This document shows positions 1 to 10,010 of a stretch of DNA of 64,000 nucleotides, in pieces; positions within the stretch are counted from its first letter, which is position 1; each line of letters begins with the position of its first letter. A program made the position numbers and the translations under genes. This DNA is from Arenicellales bacterium (GTDB lineage: Bacteria; Pseudomonadota; Gammaproteobacteria; Arenicellales; JAJDZL01), in NCBI GenBank assembly GCA_965200645.1, contig CBDAUN010000001.1, forward strand, positions 86,492 to 150,491, in the 5' to 3' direction. Under the pieces are notes generated by a model. It saw only the letters and a program-made list of their open reading frames with translations. It was not told the origin of the DNA and searched no databases.

Positions 1-1379
1 CTGACCAATAGAATCTCGAACGACATGGGTCGTCCAGTCTGTTCGTTAACTCGTTTCAGATCTCGCACTACCCAGCCAGCTTGATCGAGTAACTGTGATG
101 CGAGTTTTAAGTTCTCTCTTGGCCAACCGGAACCGTCCGTACGAGGTGCACGATATGAACCTGTAAACACTTCTGCAGGTAGCTGGTCTCGATACCTTTC
201 CAGGATCTCCTTTTCTTCGCCCTGTGGCAACCCACTCGAAGCAAATTCGGAATTGGAAAAAAAGCTCTCAGTACGTGTGTAAGCACCATGAAACAGAGTT
301 CGGTTGGTCCATTCAAAATCAAAAGCATGACCGATTGCCTTACGAACTTTGACATCGGAAAATACGTCACGACGTGTATTCAAAATAAAGGCAAACATCC
401 CAGTGGATCGCTTATGAGGGGTTAACTCCTTTTTGAGCCAGCCTTTATCAACGGCTTCAACTTCATAATCCTTTGCCCAGGCCTTCGCCTGGTTTTCTTC
501 ACGATAATCAATCTTGCCCGATTTCAATGCCAGTCTAATCGCAGTCACATCACGATAGTAGTCGAATCGGTATTCATCAAAATTATTTATGCCAGCGTTG
601 ACCGGCAAATCTTTGCCCCAATAGTCTTCAACCCGCTCAAGTACGACATACCTGCCTGCCTCAAACTCTTTGACACGATAGGGTCCGCTTCCAAGTGGTG
701 GCTCCAAAGTGGTCTTAGAAAAATCCCTTTCGGCCCAGTAGTGCTTGGGCAACACCGGCAACTGCCCTAAAATTAACGGCAACTCGCGATTTTGATTATT
801 CGTAAAGGTAAATCCGACTCGAAGTTCCCCAAGTTTTTCGGCTTTTTCCACCTCTGCATAGTATTTTTTCATGCGCGGCAGATGTTCTGTCACTGCTTCA
901 AATGAAAACACGACGTCGTCGGCTGTAATTGGCTTACCGTCATGCCACCTGGCCTTGGGGTTGAGGTTAAAAATCACCCAGGACCGGTCTTCGGGAACTT
1001 CAATGGACTCGGCAATGAGTCCGTAGTTGGTAAACACCTCCTCGCTGTTACCACTCATCAAGGTTTCAACCGCTCCTGTTCCTGTTGGTAATCCCTTGGT
1101 GATATGGGCATGAAATGAGTCAAATGTTCCCCTGCGACCTATTCGAATTTTTCCTCCTTTTAGTGCGTTGGGATCCAAATAGTCAAAGTGCTTAAAGTTG
1201 GGACCGTATTGTGGTTCACCATGCATCGCGATTGCGTGTACCGGCTCAACATTAGGAGAGTATTGAGCGTAACTTGGTCTTCCGATAGCAATAGTTGCCA
1301 GCGTAACCATAATCACGATGACACCCAGTGGCTTACTCACTTGCAGTCTGTGGTTTAAATTGAAGCGGATTAAAGTCAC
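1..1379 (-). CDS. ABC transporter substrate-binding protein, family 5 (peptide/opine/nickel type, YejA-like); C-terminal end runs off the left window edge
   Basis: Own translation of the minus strand; the frame stays open to position 1, so it is absent from the track. GTG at 1379 (alternative GTG 1406) gives MTLIRFNLNHRLQVSKPLGVIVIMVTLATIAIG, a signal peptide. Downstream blocks are GGKIRIGRRGTFDSFH, ARWHDGKPITADDVVFSFE and PLGSGPYRVKEFEAGRYVVLERVEDYWG, typical of family-5 SBPs. Start codon uncertain. Confidence 0.8.
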   Translation of the reverse strand, partial: MTLIRFNLNHRLQVSKPLGVIVIMVTLATIAIGRPSYAQYSPNVEPVHAIAMHGEPQYGPNFKHFDYLDPNALKGGKIRIGRRGTFDSFHAHITKGLPTGTGAVETLMSGNSEEVFTNYGLIAESIEVPEDRSWVIFNLNPKARWHDGKPITADDVVFSFEAVTEHLPRMKKYYAEVEKAEKLGELRVGFTFTNNQNRELPLILGQLPVLPKHYWAERDFSKTTLEPPLGSGPYRVKEFEAGRYVVLERVEDYWGKDLPVNAGINNFDEYRFDYYRDVTAIRLALKSGKIDYREENQAKAWAKDYEVEAVDKGWLKKELTPHKRSTGMFAFILNTRRDVFSDVKVRKAIGHAFDFEWTNRTLFHGAYTRTESFFSNSEFASSGLPQGEEKEILERYRDQLPAEVFTGSYRAPRTDGSGWPRENLKLASQLLDQAGWVVRDLKRVNEQTGRPMSFEILLV

Positions 1380-1573
1380 GTCAGCGTCGTTGGGCGATGA
1401 ACTCACTTAGTTTGATCAAAGAAATTGTAATGAAGTTCATCTAGTTTCACCAACACACATTAACTTCTCATTAAGAACATTTATAAAACTGAGTGACCAC
1501 CACACTCTGAAAGGCGGTACAAATCAACTTCGGTCAATCGAAGTTAAGCGTGTTCAATGCTATTTTCTTATTG

Positions 1574-2992
1574 TTATTTCCGTCTTTTTGAGTGCCATTG
1601 CGAGACAAAACTCGGACCAGTTGGTGCCGGAAAATCTCTCGTATTGGTCCAACCTGAAGTCAACGGAAGATGTTTGAACGATCCATTTTTTCGACCTAAC
1701 CATGCAAGCACTCGAATAACGGGTCTGGTGACAAACCGATAAGTGACAGGAAATCGAGTCAAGTACTCCCACATTTTCAACCCTGCTCGTACCGTAAAAC
1801 CGGTTACCTTTCTCTCGTACAGTTCGTGCCTCAGTGACAGCAGCATGCGCGGTAATGGAATCTTAACGGGACACACCTGTTCGCATCGACTGTTCAGCGT
1901 ACACGCATTCGGCAAATTTGCTGCCTTTTGCAGTCCCGTCAGTAACGGTGTCCAGACCGAACCCATCGGCCCCGGATAAACCCAACCATACGCATGTCCG
2001 CCAATGGATTGATAAACCGGGCAGTGATTCATGCACGCACCGCAACGAATGCAGCGAAGCAACTCTCGATATTCACTTTTCAATAAACCCGAACGCCCAT
2101 TGTCCAAAATCACCACGTGAAATTCTTCTGGACCACTTGAGTCACCGGAGCGTTGTGGACCATTGTAAATACTGGTATATGAAGACATCTCCTGACCGGT
2201 AGCACTTCGACCCAATATTCGCAGGAACACAGATAAGTCCTGAAAGCTTGGAATTACCTTTTCAATTGATGCCGTGACTATATGGATTCTCGGCAATGTA
2301 CTGGTTAAATCACCATTGCCTTCATTGGTGACCAGCACCGTCGAACCTGAATCCGCGATTAAAAAGTTTGCCCCTGTGATACCCACATCGGCCTCAACAA
2401 AAACTTCCCTCAGAACCGTTCGAGCTTGTTCCACAATGGAGGCGACGTCTTCAACTTTTGTAGTCAATCCGTGTTTGGCGTGATGCTCGTGAAACAGTTC
2501 GGTAATTTGATTTCGAGTTTTGTGAATGGCCGGTGCGATTATGTGACTGGGATGCTCTTCAGCCAACTGAATAATGTATTCACCTAAATCGGTTTCCACC
2601 ACTTCCATACCTTCGGACTCCAAAGCCTGATTTAAGTCCATCTCTTCGCCAATCATAGACTTGCCTTTCGCTACTCGCTTGGCATCGGCATCGCGACAAA
2701 TTTTAGTGATGATGTCCAGTCCGTCTTGTGGTGTACTCGCCCAGTGAACCTGACCGCCGGAGGCAATGACATTTTCCTCGAATGTCGACAGATAGTCATC
2801 CAAGTTGGAAAGCACGTGGTTCTTGATAGCCACTGCGCGATTGCGCAGCAATTCGAATTGCGGTAATTCATCGACCGCCAACCTGCGCTTATCAACAAAA
2901 CCGCCTCGCGCCTTGTTCAGCGCAGCCTGCAACTCTGAATCAAGCAACGCTGCCTTCGCTTGAGTTGCAAATTGATGAGAGGTGACTTCCAT
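1574..2992 (-). CDS. lutB: Lactate utilization protein B (LutB/YkgF-type iron-sulfur protein with LUD domain)
   Basis: 472 aa with two ferredoxin-type cluster motifs, CIRCGACMNHCP and CTLNSRCEQVCP. It has an N-terminal LUD-type domain and sits 9 nt downstream of lutA. Confidence 0.85.
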   Translation of the reverse strand: MEVTSHQFATQAKAALLDSELQAALNKARGGFVDKRRLAVDELPQFELLRNRAVAIKNHVLSNLDDYLSTFEENVIASGGQVHWASTPQDGLDIITKICRDADAKRVAKGKSMIGEEMDLNQALESEGMEVVETDLGEYIIQLAEEHPSHIIAPAIHKTRNQITELFHEHHAKHGLTTKVEDVASIVEQARTVLREVFVEADVGITGANFLIADSGSTVLVTNEGNGDLTSTLPRIHIVTASIEKVIPSFQDLSVFLRILGRSATGQEMSSYTSIYNGPQRSGDSSGPEEFHVVILDNGRSGLLKSEYRELLRCIRCGACMNHCPVYQSIGGHAYGWVYPGPMGSVWTPLLTGLQKAANLPNACTLNSRCEQVCPVKIPLPRMLLSLRHELYERKVTGFTVRAGLKMWEYLTRFPVTYRFVTRPVIRVLAWLGRKNGSFKHLPLTSGWTNTRDFPAPTGPSFVSQWHSKRRK

Positions 2993-3000
2993 ATAAATCT

Positions 3001-3774
3001 TTATGAACTGGCCTCACCAATTCCAGGCATGTCCCCATGCCCTGCCAACACTTCTGCGACATGCATGACCCGAACATCACTACCCTGTCTTTTGAGTGTA
3101 CCTGCAATATTCATCAGACAACCCAAATCTCCACCCAATAAATAACTCGCGCGTGTTTGTTTAACATTTTGTACTTTTTCGTCAACAATGTTCGCAGAAA
3201 TTTCCGGATACTTAACGCAAAATGTACCCCCAAATCCACAGCAAGCAGCCGGGTCACCAAGTTCCTTCACTAACAAACCTTCAACTTGACTCAGCAATTG
3301 TCTAGGTTGATGATGAATTCCGAGTTCACGTAGTCCCGAACAAGAGTCGTGATAGGCACATGATTCGGCAAAACTTGCATCAATTTTGCATTGCGCCACC
3401 GTGGACAAAAATTCAGTTAACTCATAGCAACACGAAATGACCGCTTCCGCTTCTCTACGCTCATTGGGATCATCAAACAACTCGATAAAGCGTAACTTCA
3501 CAGTCGCTATACAGGAGCCGGAAGGTGCGACTATAAAATCGTAGGGTGCAAATATTTTGATAAATGTGCGGGCAACCTGCAGAGCACTTCGGTTTGCGCC
3601 ATTGGAAATCAGCGGCTGAGCACAACAGGTTTGAGATTTCGGAACGTCGACTTCAAAGCCGCAGGATTCAATCAATTCGGCAGCTGCAAAGCCAATTTGA
3701 GGGCGAAACAGATCAACAAGACAAGTAGCGAACAGCGCCACCTTCGGCTTCGCCGCGGGTCCTGAATCTTGCAT
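3001..3774 (-). CDS. lutA: Lactate utilization protein A (LutA/YkgE-type Fe-S oxidoreductase, CCG cysteine-rich domains)
   Basis: 257 aa with FATCLVD, CCAQP, SGSCIATV and CCGFGGTF cysteine-rich (CCG) motifs. Immediately upstream of lutB. Confidence 0.85.
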   Translation of the reverse strand: MQDSGPAAKPKVALFATCLVDLFRPQIGFAAAELIESCGFEVDVPKSQTCCAQPLISNGANRSALQVARTFIKIFAPYDFIVAPSGSCIATVKLRFIELFDDPNERREAEAVISCCYELTEFLSTVAQCKIDASFAESCAYHDSCSGLRELGIHHQPRQLLSQVEGLLVKELGDPAACCGFGGTFCVKYPEISANIVDEKVQNVKQTRASYLLGGDLGCLMNIAGTLKRQGSDVRVMHVAEVLAGHGDMPGIGEASS

Positions 3775-3811
3775 GTAAATTAATTGATTAGGTGACTATT
3801 AAATTGACCTG

Positions 3812-5182
3812 TTAATCCAACACAGCGCGCGGTAACCACATCGCAATTTCGGGAAACGCCATCACCAAGCTCAGTCCAATCACCTGTAACAGCACAAACG
3901 GAATGATGCCCCGATAAATTTGCTGGATTCTCACCTCTGGGGGGGCCACCCCCTTCATATAGAACAACGCAAACCCGAATGGTGGGGTGAGAAAGCTCGT
4001 CTGTAGATTAACCGCCACAAGGATGGTAAACCAGTAAATCAAATCAACCCTGGCAATGTGATCACCAAAGTCCAATAACTCAATAATCGGAGCGAATACC
4101 GGAAGCACGATCAGGGTGATTTCGATCCAGTCAAAAAAGAACCCTAGTACGAAAACAATTGCCATGAGAACAAACAATACCCCCCATGGCCCAAATCCAG
4201 AATTTTCCACTAATTCGATTACAATATCGTCCCCACCCAAAGATCGAAAAACATAGGAAAAAGCAGTTGCTCCTATAAAAATAAAGAACAGCATTGCTCC
4301 CATCAGCGCCGACCGTTCAACTACTGTGCGCAACATTTTGAAGTTAAGCCGTCGATTCATAACTGCCAATAGAATTGCCCCGGCAGCACCGACCCCGGAC
4401 GCTTCAGTCGGAGTCGCCCATCCAGCCACAATGGAGCCCAGTACGAGCACCATCAGGAACACAGGAGGAATCAGGCCCTTAAAAATCATCAGCCAAAATT
4501 CCTTGGGATTTTCCGGCCCCAAGTCTTCCGGTAACGGTGGTGCCAACTGTGGCTTAATTGAACTTATCGTCAAAATGTAGATGGCATAAATACCTGCCAG
4601 CATCAACCCTGGAAAAACTGCTGCAACAAATAATGTTCCAACCGACCTTCCGAGCAGGTCCGCCATAATCACGAGCATAATGCTGGGCGGAATCAATATT
4701 CCTAGCGTGCCGGAGGCCGCAATGGTTCCAGTTGCCAATGGTATGTTGTACTGCCGTTGTAGCATCACGGGCAAGGCCATCAAAGTCATCATCACTACAG
4801 AGGCACCAATAATGCCCGTCGTGGCTGCCATGATCGTGCCCATTACGGTAATTGCAAGAGCCAATCCGCCTGGCACACGTCGTAACAGCACCTGCAAACA
4901 GTACAGAAGATCTTTGGCAACTCCACTTCGTTCAAGCATTGTTCCCATAAATATGAACATGGGAATCGCAACCAGTACAAGATTGTCTGCGATGCCACTC
5001 CAAATTCGGCCTACGATGTTAAAAAACTCGATCGGAATAAAAACATCCAGGGCTATACCTAATAAACCAAAGCCTAGTCCAGTGCCGCCCAATACTGCTG
5101 CTACGGGATAACCACTAAAAAGCAGTACGAAAAGCACCGCAAACATCAAAATGGGCATGTAGTCAATAAATAGGTCTAACAT
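3812..5182 (-). CDS. dctM: TRAP transporter large permease subunit (DctM family)
   Basis: 456 aa, polytopic and hydrophobic throughout. Follows the small permease with a 14-nt gap, which is the usual TRAP P-Q-M order. Confidence 0.9.
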   Translation of the reverse strand: MLDLFIDYMPILMFAVLFVLLFSGYPVAAVLGGTGLGFGLLGIALDVFIPIEFFNIVGRIWSGIADNLVLVAIPMFIFMGTMLERSGVAKDLLYCLQVLLRRVPGGLALAITVMGTIMAATTGIIGASVVMMTLMALPVMLQRQYNIPLATGTIAASGTLGILIPPSIMLVIMADLLGRSVGTLFVAAVFPGLMLAGIYAIYILTISSIKPQLAPPLPEDLGPENPKEFWLMIFKGLIPPVFLMVLVLGSIVAGWATPTEASGVGAAGAILLAVMNRRLNFKMLRTVVERSALMGAMLFFIFIGATAFSYVFRSLGGDDIVIELVENSGFGPWGVLFVLMAIVFVLGFFFDWIEITLIVLPVFAPIIELLDFGDHIARVDLIYWFTILVAVNLQTSFLTPPFGFALFYMKGVAPPEVRIQQIYRGIIPFVLLQVIGLSLVMAFPEIAMWLPRAVLD

Positions 5183-5196
5183 GTATCAGCCTGCTT

Positions 5197-5784
5197 TTAA
5201 TCGATCTTAATTTGATCAATTTCCTCAACTTCAGTGATTTCCTTAACTTCTCGCTTATCTACGACTGCCGCGAGCTCTGCCGAACCAAACAGTTGGATTA
5301 CTTTACGGAAAACTGTTGTAATTCCACTGATCAATAGTAGTACAAATCCTATTGGCAGAAAAATTTTGATTGCCCATCGATAAGGCAACCCCGTTGCGGA
5401 CTCTGCCATTTCGTTCATGGCAAATGATCGATGCCACCAATCGATACCAAAATAAATAACGACACATGCGTAGGGAATCAAAAACAGCAGACAACCAATC
5501 AACTCGACCCACAATTTAACGCGAGAAGGCAATCGATCTCGAACTAAGTCGATTCTGACGTGCGCGTCCTTTAAGTAACCGTAGCCTAAACATAGTAAGA
5601 ACAGCACAGCATGAGTATGCCACTCCAACTCTTGCAACTTAGTGGATCCCAAAACGAGAAATCGGCGGGTAACTACATCAAAGAGGATTATAAATATCAA
5701 TAGAATCGAGACCCATGCGGCCGCACGACCAACGGAAATGACCAACTTCGAAAGTTTATCGTCGATTCGGAGCAACAGTTCCAA
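5197..5784 (-). CDS. dctQ: TRAP transporter small permease subunit (DctQ family)
   Basis: 195 aa with about four predicted TM helices, located between dctP-like and dctM-like genes. Confidence 0.8.
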   Translation of the reverse strand: MELLLRIDDKLSKLVISVGRAAAWVSILLIFIILFDVVTRRFLVLGSTKLQELEWHTHAVLFLLCLGYGYLKDAHVRIDLVRDRLPSRVKLWVELIGCLLFLIPYACVVIYFGIDWWHRSFAMNEMAESATGLPYRWAIKIFLPIGFVLLLISGITTVFRKVIQLFGSAELAAVVDKREVKEITEVEEIDQIKID

Positions 5785-5907
5785 GATATCTATTCTCTGG
5801 GTGTTGTGGGGATAAGTTCAAAAGGATAAGCCGAGGACGACGAATCCTCCTCGGCTAATCGCTAACAAATCGGCTACATTTAGTTGTTTGTAGCCTAAGA
5901 TTGGTGC

Positions 5908-6960
5908 TTACAGATATCCGATATCAGCCCAAATCTTGTAGTTTTTACGGAAGTCTGTATAGGATTCCCATACTTTTGCGAAATCTGGATTGGCCGCGCT
6001 TTCTTCTGCTACCACTTCATTCCATGCCCCTTCCAAGGCACCTAATATTTCTGGGGACCAGCGATGTATCGTAACACCCTTATCCTGAAGTTCTTGCAGT
6101 GCTGCAGATTGAATCGCTTCACCTTCCAACAGTCCATAACGGAAGTTGTCTCCACAGGACAGTTCAAAGTAGGCTTTTTGGGTGTCGGTTAGACTTTCCC
6201 ATTTTTCCTTGTTCAGTAGCACTTCAAACAGTGTTGATTGCTGATGCCATCCGGGGAAATAATAGTGTTTTGCAATTTGATAGAAACCTAAGTTCAGATC
6301 AATTGCAGGCATTGAATACTCGGTTGCATCGATTGAGCCAAGTTCCAGGGCCGGAAAAATATCTCCGCCGGGAATCAACTGAGTCGATACGCCAAGCTTC
6401 TCCATCACCTTGGCACCAAGTCCGAAGAATCGCATCTTCAATCCCTTCAAGTCATCAACAGAATTGATAGGATTACGGAACCAACCGGATGCCTCCGGCG
6501 CGATAACACCACAAATCAGCGAATAAAGGCCATGTTCAGCGTAAATCTCGTTCATCAACTCTTGGCCGCCGCCAAAGTACATCCAAGCACCATATTCAGC
6601 AGCAGAAGGTCCAAACGGAACTGCGGCAAACATTGCTAAAGCGGAATTCTTTCCATACCAGTAACCAGGAGTCGACCAACAGGCATCGACTGCACCGGTA
6701 GCGACTGAGTCAAAGCACTCCTTCGGTGGCACCAAGGCGCCGGGTTCGTAGTACTTTAACTCAACGGTTCCACCAGACACACGGTCGATAGTATCCGTTA
6801 CGTGGTGACCCAGGGTACCCAATTGCGTCAGGTTCTTTGGGAACCAACTTGCCATTTTCCATCGCACCTTGTCTTGTGCTAATACGGTAGTCGACGATAG
6901 GCCGCCTACCAGCACGAAGAATGACGCAAGAAGTGCGATTGTCATTTTTCGAAATTTCAT
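5908..6960 (-). CDS. dctP: TRAP transporter substrate-binding protein (DctP family)
   Basis: 350 aa. Signal peptide MKFRKMTIALLASFFVLVGGLSSTTVLAQ, followed by the KVRWKMASWFPKN block typical of DctP-type SBPs. First gene of the TRAP operon. Confidence 0.85.
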   Translation of the reverse strand: MKFRKMTIALLASFFVLVGGLSSTTVLAQDKVRWKMASWFPKNLTQLGTLGHHVTDTIDRVSGGTVELKYYEPGALVPPKECFDSVATGAVDACWSTPGYWYGKNSALAMFAAVPFGPSAAEYGAWMYFGGGQELMNEIYAEHGLYSLICGVIAPEASGWFRNPINSVDDLKGLKMRFFGLGAKVMEKLGVSTQLIPGGDIFPALELGSIDATEYSMPAIDLNLGFYQIAKHYYFPGWHQQSTLFEVLLNKEKWESLTDTQKAYFELSCGDNFRYGLLEGEAIQSAALQELQDKGVTIHRWSPEILGALEGAWNEVVAEESAANPDFAKVWESYTDFRKNYKIWADIGYL

Positions 6961-7228
6961 TATTCATCTCCCTCCTTTGGGATTTAACATTACGGAACTG
7001 CATTCGCAGTCAATTGCGAATCATTTCCTTACATCTCAGTTCAATTTAAACAGATTATTGGAATATCTTATATTCAATTGCTTTTTTCAAGTGAAATATT
7101 TGATTGGTTGATAAAAACGGCAAATGTTTTGGTTTGGTTGAATGGTCGACCTAATTTAGATTCAAATTATGGTGTATTGAAAATTAGACTCCACCTATGG
7201 CATTGACTTCTTTTGAATTTTTCAATTT

Positions 7229-7855
7229 ATGGGTACACAGGACACTGAATTGTTTGATTTAAGGCATATTATCTGCAAAGCAACTGCGCACTCTCCCAAG
7301 CTGGTCCACGATTCTTCAGCTAGACAGGCGGCGGTGGCTGTCGTATTGCGCAATACTCAAGTAGGGGCTGAAATTCTGTTCATCGAAAGGGCCTCACGCA
7401 CTGCAGACCCCTGGTCGGGACAAATGGCATTTCCTGGTGGAAGGCGGGATGCTGAGGATAAAACACCTATGGATACTGCGGAACGCGAAACATTCGAGGA
7501 AGTAGGGATACAACTTGCAAGATCAGCAAACTTTGGTCGCATAGATGATCTTGTGGGACATTCCTCAAGTCCTTCACCCGGATTGGTAATTTCCTGCTTT
7601 TTGTATGAAGCTGCTGACAGAGTGCAGCTAAGGACAAACTATGAAGTACAAGACACGATTTGGATTCCTGTAACTTCACTAGCCAACCCTGAATTATTTG
7701 TTTCGAACTTCAGGCCACAAAATTATGATGGTGAATTTCCGGGTATCAAATGTGGTCAAGACGATGAACGAATTGTTTGGGGATTAACCTATAGATTTAT
7801 TTGCGCATTCTTCAAAATGGCTGGCATACCATTTGAGGGAAAGGAGTATCCCTAG
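7229..7855 (+). CDS. NUDIX hydrolase, CoA pyrophosphatase-like
   Basis: Nudix box GGRRDAEDKTPMDTAERETFEEVGI (GX5EX7REUXEEXGU). The upstream AAVAVVL block and the length (208 aa) resemble NudL-type CoA pyrophosphatases. Confidence 0.75.
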   Translation: MGTQDTELFDLRHIICKATAHSPKLVHDSSARQAAVAVVLRNTQVGAEILFIERASRTADPWSGQMAFPGGRRDAEDKTPMDTAERETFEEVGIQLARSANFGRIDDLVGHSSSPSPGLVISCFLYEAADRVQLRTNYEVQDTIWIPVTSLANPELFVSNFRPQNYDGEFPGIKCGQDDERIVWGLTYRFICAFFKMAGIPFEGKEYP

Positions 7856-8150
7856 TCACATCATTGACCGATGGTGCATTGACAAACCTCGAGTTCCTCA
7901 AGTTACCAGTTTTGAAATATCGCCCTCATTTCCAAACAGATTTATTCTGGCTACCTGTTATTCAGTTTGGAAGTTTAACGTTTTGAGCAGTCGAGAATCC
8001 TAAATGAAAAATTGTAATTTTCTGTTTTTTCCACTCACTGGAAGGATGTCAATAACTGAAATTGGCTGAGATCCAATGTTTCAGACAACATTTTCTGAAA
8101 TCATTGACATTTGCGAGCCTGTATTAAGCAAAGCCTGAATAGGGACAAAG

Positions 8151-8396
8151 TTATTTGTTCGGCAAGTTTAATGTGTGAATTCCTAAATGTATTGGGCATT
8201 CACCAATTTCTTGAATAGCGAAATGACCGAGCCCAAAACGATCGCAACCCGTTCGATAAGCGTCAAATGAATCGTTGTAATTCGAGTCTAACCGTCCATC
8301 GTTTAATAGAGCAATCTTTCCAAAGTATTCCTGCTCTAATTCATCTTTTATTTTGTCGTATGCATCAAAATTGTTCTACATCTCCTCAGTGATCAT
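8151..8396 (-). pseudogene. Small ORF of unknown function interrupted by an in-frame TAG (codon 7)
   Basis: Own translation: MITEEM*NNFDAYDKIKDELEQEYFGKIALLNDGRLDSNYNDSFDAYRTGCDRFGLGHFAIQEIGECPIHLGIHTLNLPNK*. The text is protein-like, but there is no usable start after the TAG at 8377-8379. Confidence 0.4.
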
Positions 8397-8561
8397 TTCT
8401 CACCTCTCTGTCAACTCCTTGTAAGTCAATTGCTTACCAATAGCACCACTTATTACACTGTCAATCCTGTCCGTTGTGTAACCTTTGACACTCCCCCTCA
8501 TTCAACGAAAGTGGAAATTCGTTCATATAAGCTATGGTAGAGTTTATCGTATCAGTCCTGA

Positions 8562-8808
8562 TATACACCTTCGAATTCACTTTCGAGAATCGCCCATATC
8601 ATTCATTCCTCTACGCTTCATTTGATGTGTCGCAATTTCTGTAGAATTCACCCAAACCTAAACGTGAGCCCGGCCATGGAAGCGGACTGGATTGATCGGC
8701 TTTGGGAAGTAAACGATATCGTAAAAATGGTTCAAGACGCACAGCTGACTTATTCCCCACCAATAACTACTATAAGAAAAATCATTTTTCAACCTTAGCC
8801 ACTACCAA
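8562..8808 (+). mobile_element. 3' remnant of a DDE transposase gene (about 80 C-terminal codons, no start, 5' part missing)
   Basis: Own translation: ...SNSLSRIAHIIHSSTLHLMCRNFCRIHPNLNVSPAMEADWIDRLWEVNDIVKMVQDAQ...*. This matches the conserved tail I recall from transposases annotated as IS1-family (..HA.ALH..YYNFCRIH.TL.VTPAMAAG.TDRLWE..DIV..). The frame opens just after a TGA, with no initiation codon or catalytic domain upstream. Confidence 0.5.
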
Positions 8809-8941
8809 CAATCCACTAACTTTGCGATTCATTAAGATTTCGTGTAAATTCAAGATTTCTTGGGATAATTAATTACTACCTTTCAAGTTGATCCAGTTGT
8901 CGCATTCATGGATTTACAATGATTCACTCAAGATTATCAGT

Positions 8942-9967
8942 ATGAACGCTCCACAGGAATTTGTCACTGATCGATTCAATCGACCCATTCGCGACTTGCG
9001 GGTGTCAATTACAGATCGATGCAACTTTAGATGCGTCTACTGTATGCCGAAGGAATTTTTTGGTTCCAACCATGCCTTTTTGGAACGTACGGCCCTGCTT
9101 GACTTTGGTGAAATCGAGCATGCAGTCAGAGCCTTTGTAGCCAACGGAGTCAAAAAGGTTCGCATCACCGGTGGAGAACCCATGGTGCGACGTAATCTTC
9201 CAGAACTCATCAATGCACTTGCCGAAATAGAAGGCGTTGAAGATCTAAGTATGACGACCAATGCATCCTTATTAACCCGTAAGGCCGCAGAAGAACTTTA
9301 CGCCGCCGGACTACGCCGTATTACAGTCAGTTTGGATGCCATGGACGACACTGTCTTTAAATCGATAAATGATGTCAACTTTCCAGTACAGCGTGTTCTT
9401 GACGGTATTGATAATGCCTTGGCAACAGGATTGGGACCAGTAAAGGTCAATATGGTGGTTGCCCGAGGAATGAACGAGCACGAAATTATGCCAATGGTGA
9501 AGCAGTTTAAAAACTCCGACGTCATCCTTCGATTCATTGAATTCATGGATGTTGGTGCCACTAACGATTGGCAATATGACAAAGTTGTACCCGCAGCGGA
9601 AATTCTTTCAACCATTGACAAGATTTTTCCAATCACTCCCGTATCACCAACTTATCGCGGAGAAGTCGCCAAACGCTGGCAATTCAAAGATGGTAAAGGT
9701 GAAATCGGTATCATCGCTTCGGTTACGCAACCATTTTGCGGGACATGCAACCGCTTGAGATTGACGGCAGAAGGCAAGGTCTATACGTGTCTTTTTGCTA
9801 CCGAGGGATTCGATATGCGAGCGTTGATTCGCTCTGGTGCAAGCACAGACGACTTGGAGCAGTCAATTCGAAACTTGTGGCGCAATCGAACTGACCGCTA
9901 TTCTGAAATCAGATCCGAAAAAACTGTATCGCTGCCAAAGATCGAAATGTCCTACGTTGGCGGTTAG
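8942..9967 (+). CDS. moaA: GTP 3',8-cyclase MoaA (radical SAM)
   Basis: Radical-SAM motif CNFRCVYCMP, C-terminal cluster CGTCNRLRLTAEGKVYTC, and the conserved terminal ..SYVGG* ending. The track ORF starts at TTG 8888; ATG 8942 (MNAPQEF..) fits the usual MoaA N-terminus. Confidence 0.93.
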   Translation: MNAPQEFVTDRFNRPIRDLRVSITDRCNFRCVYCMPKEFFGSNHAFLERTALLDFGEIEHAVRAFVANGVKKVRITGGEPMVRRNLPELINALAEIEGVEDLSMTTNASLLTRKAAEELYAAGLRRITVSLDAMDDTVFKSINDVNFPVQRVLDGIDNALATGLGPVKVNMVVARGMNEHEIMPMVKQFKNSDVILRFIEFMDVGATNDWQYDKVVPAAEILSTIDKIFPITPVSPTYRGEVAKRWQFKDGKGEIGIIASVTQPFCGTCNRLRLTAEGKVYTCLFATEGFDMRALIRSGASTDDLEQSIRNLWRNRTDRYSEIRSEKTVSLPKIEMSYVGG

Positions 9968-10010
9968 TCTGTTGAGATCAAACTCATCAGTTACCGGCGG
10001 CTGAGGTAGT

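Noticed and set aside
107-370. Track ORF of 87 aa on the minus strand.
   Set aside because: It lies out of frame inside the much longer family-5 SBP reading frame, which is open from 1379 to position 1, and has no similarity of its own.
4326-5111. Plus-strand ORFs of 84 and 143 aa inside dctM. Similar antisense ORFs occur inside tctA (26423-26863), the ROK regulator (27745-28803), lutB, glyQS, glnA and mttB.
   Set aside because: They are shadow ORFs opposite or overlapping strongly supported genes. They have no RBS, low-complexity composition rich in Arg/Ser/Pro, and no motifs.
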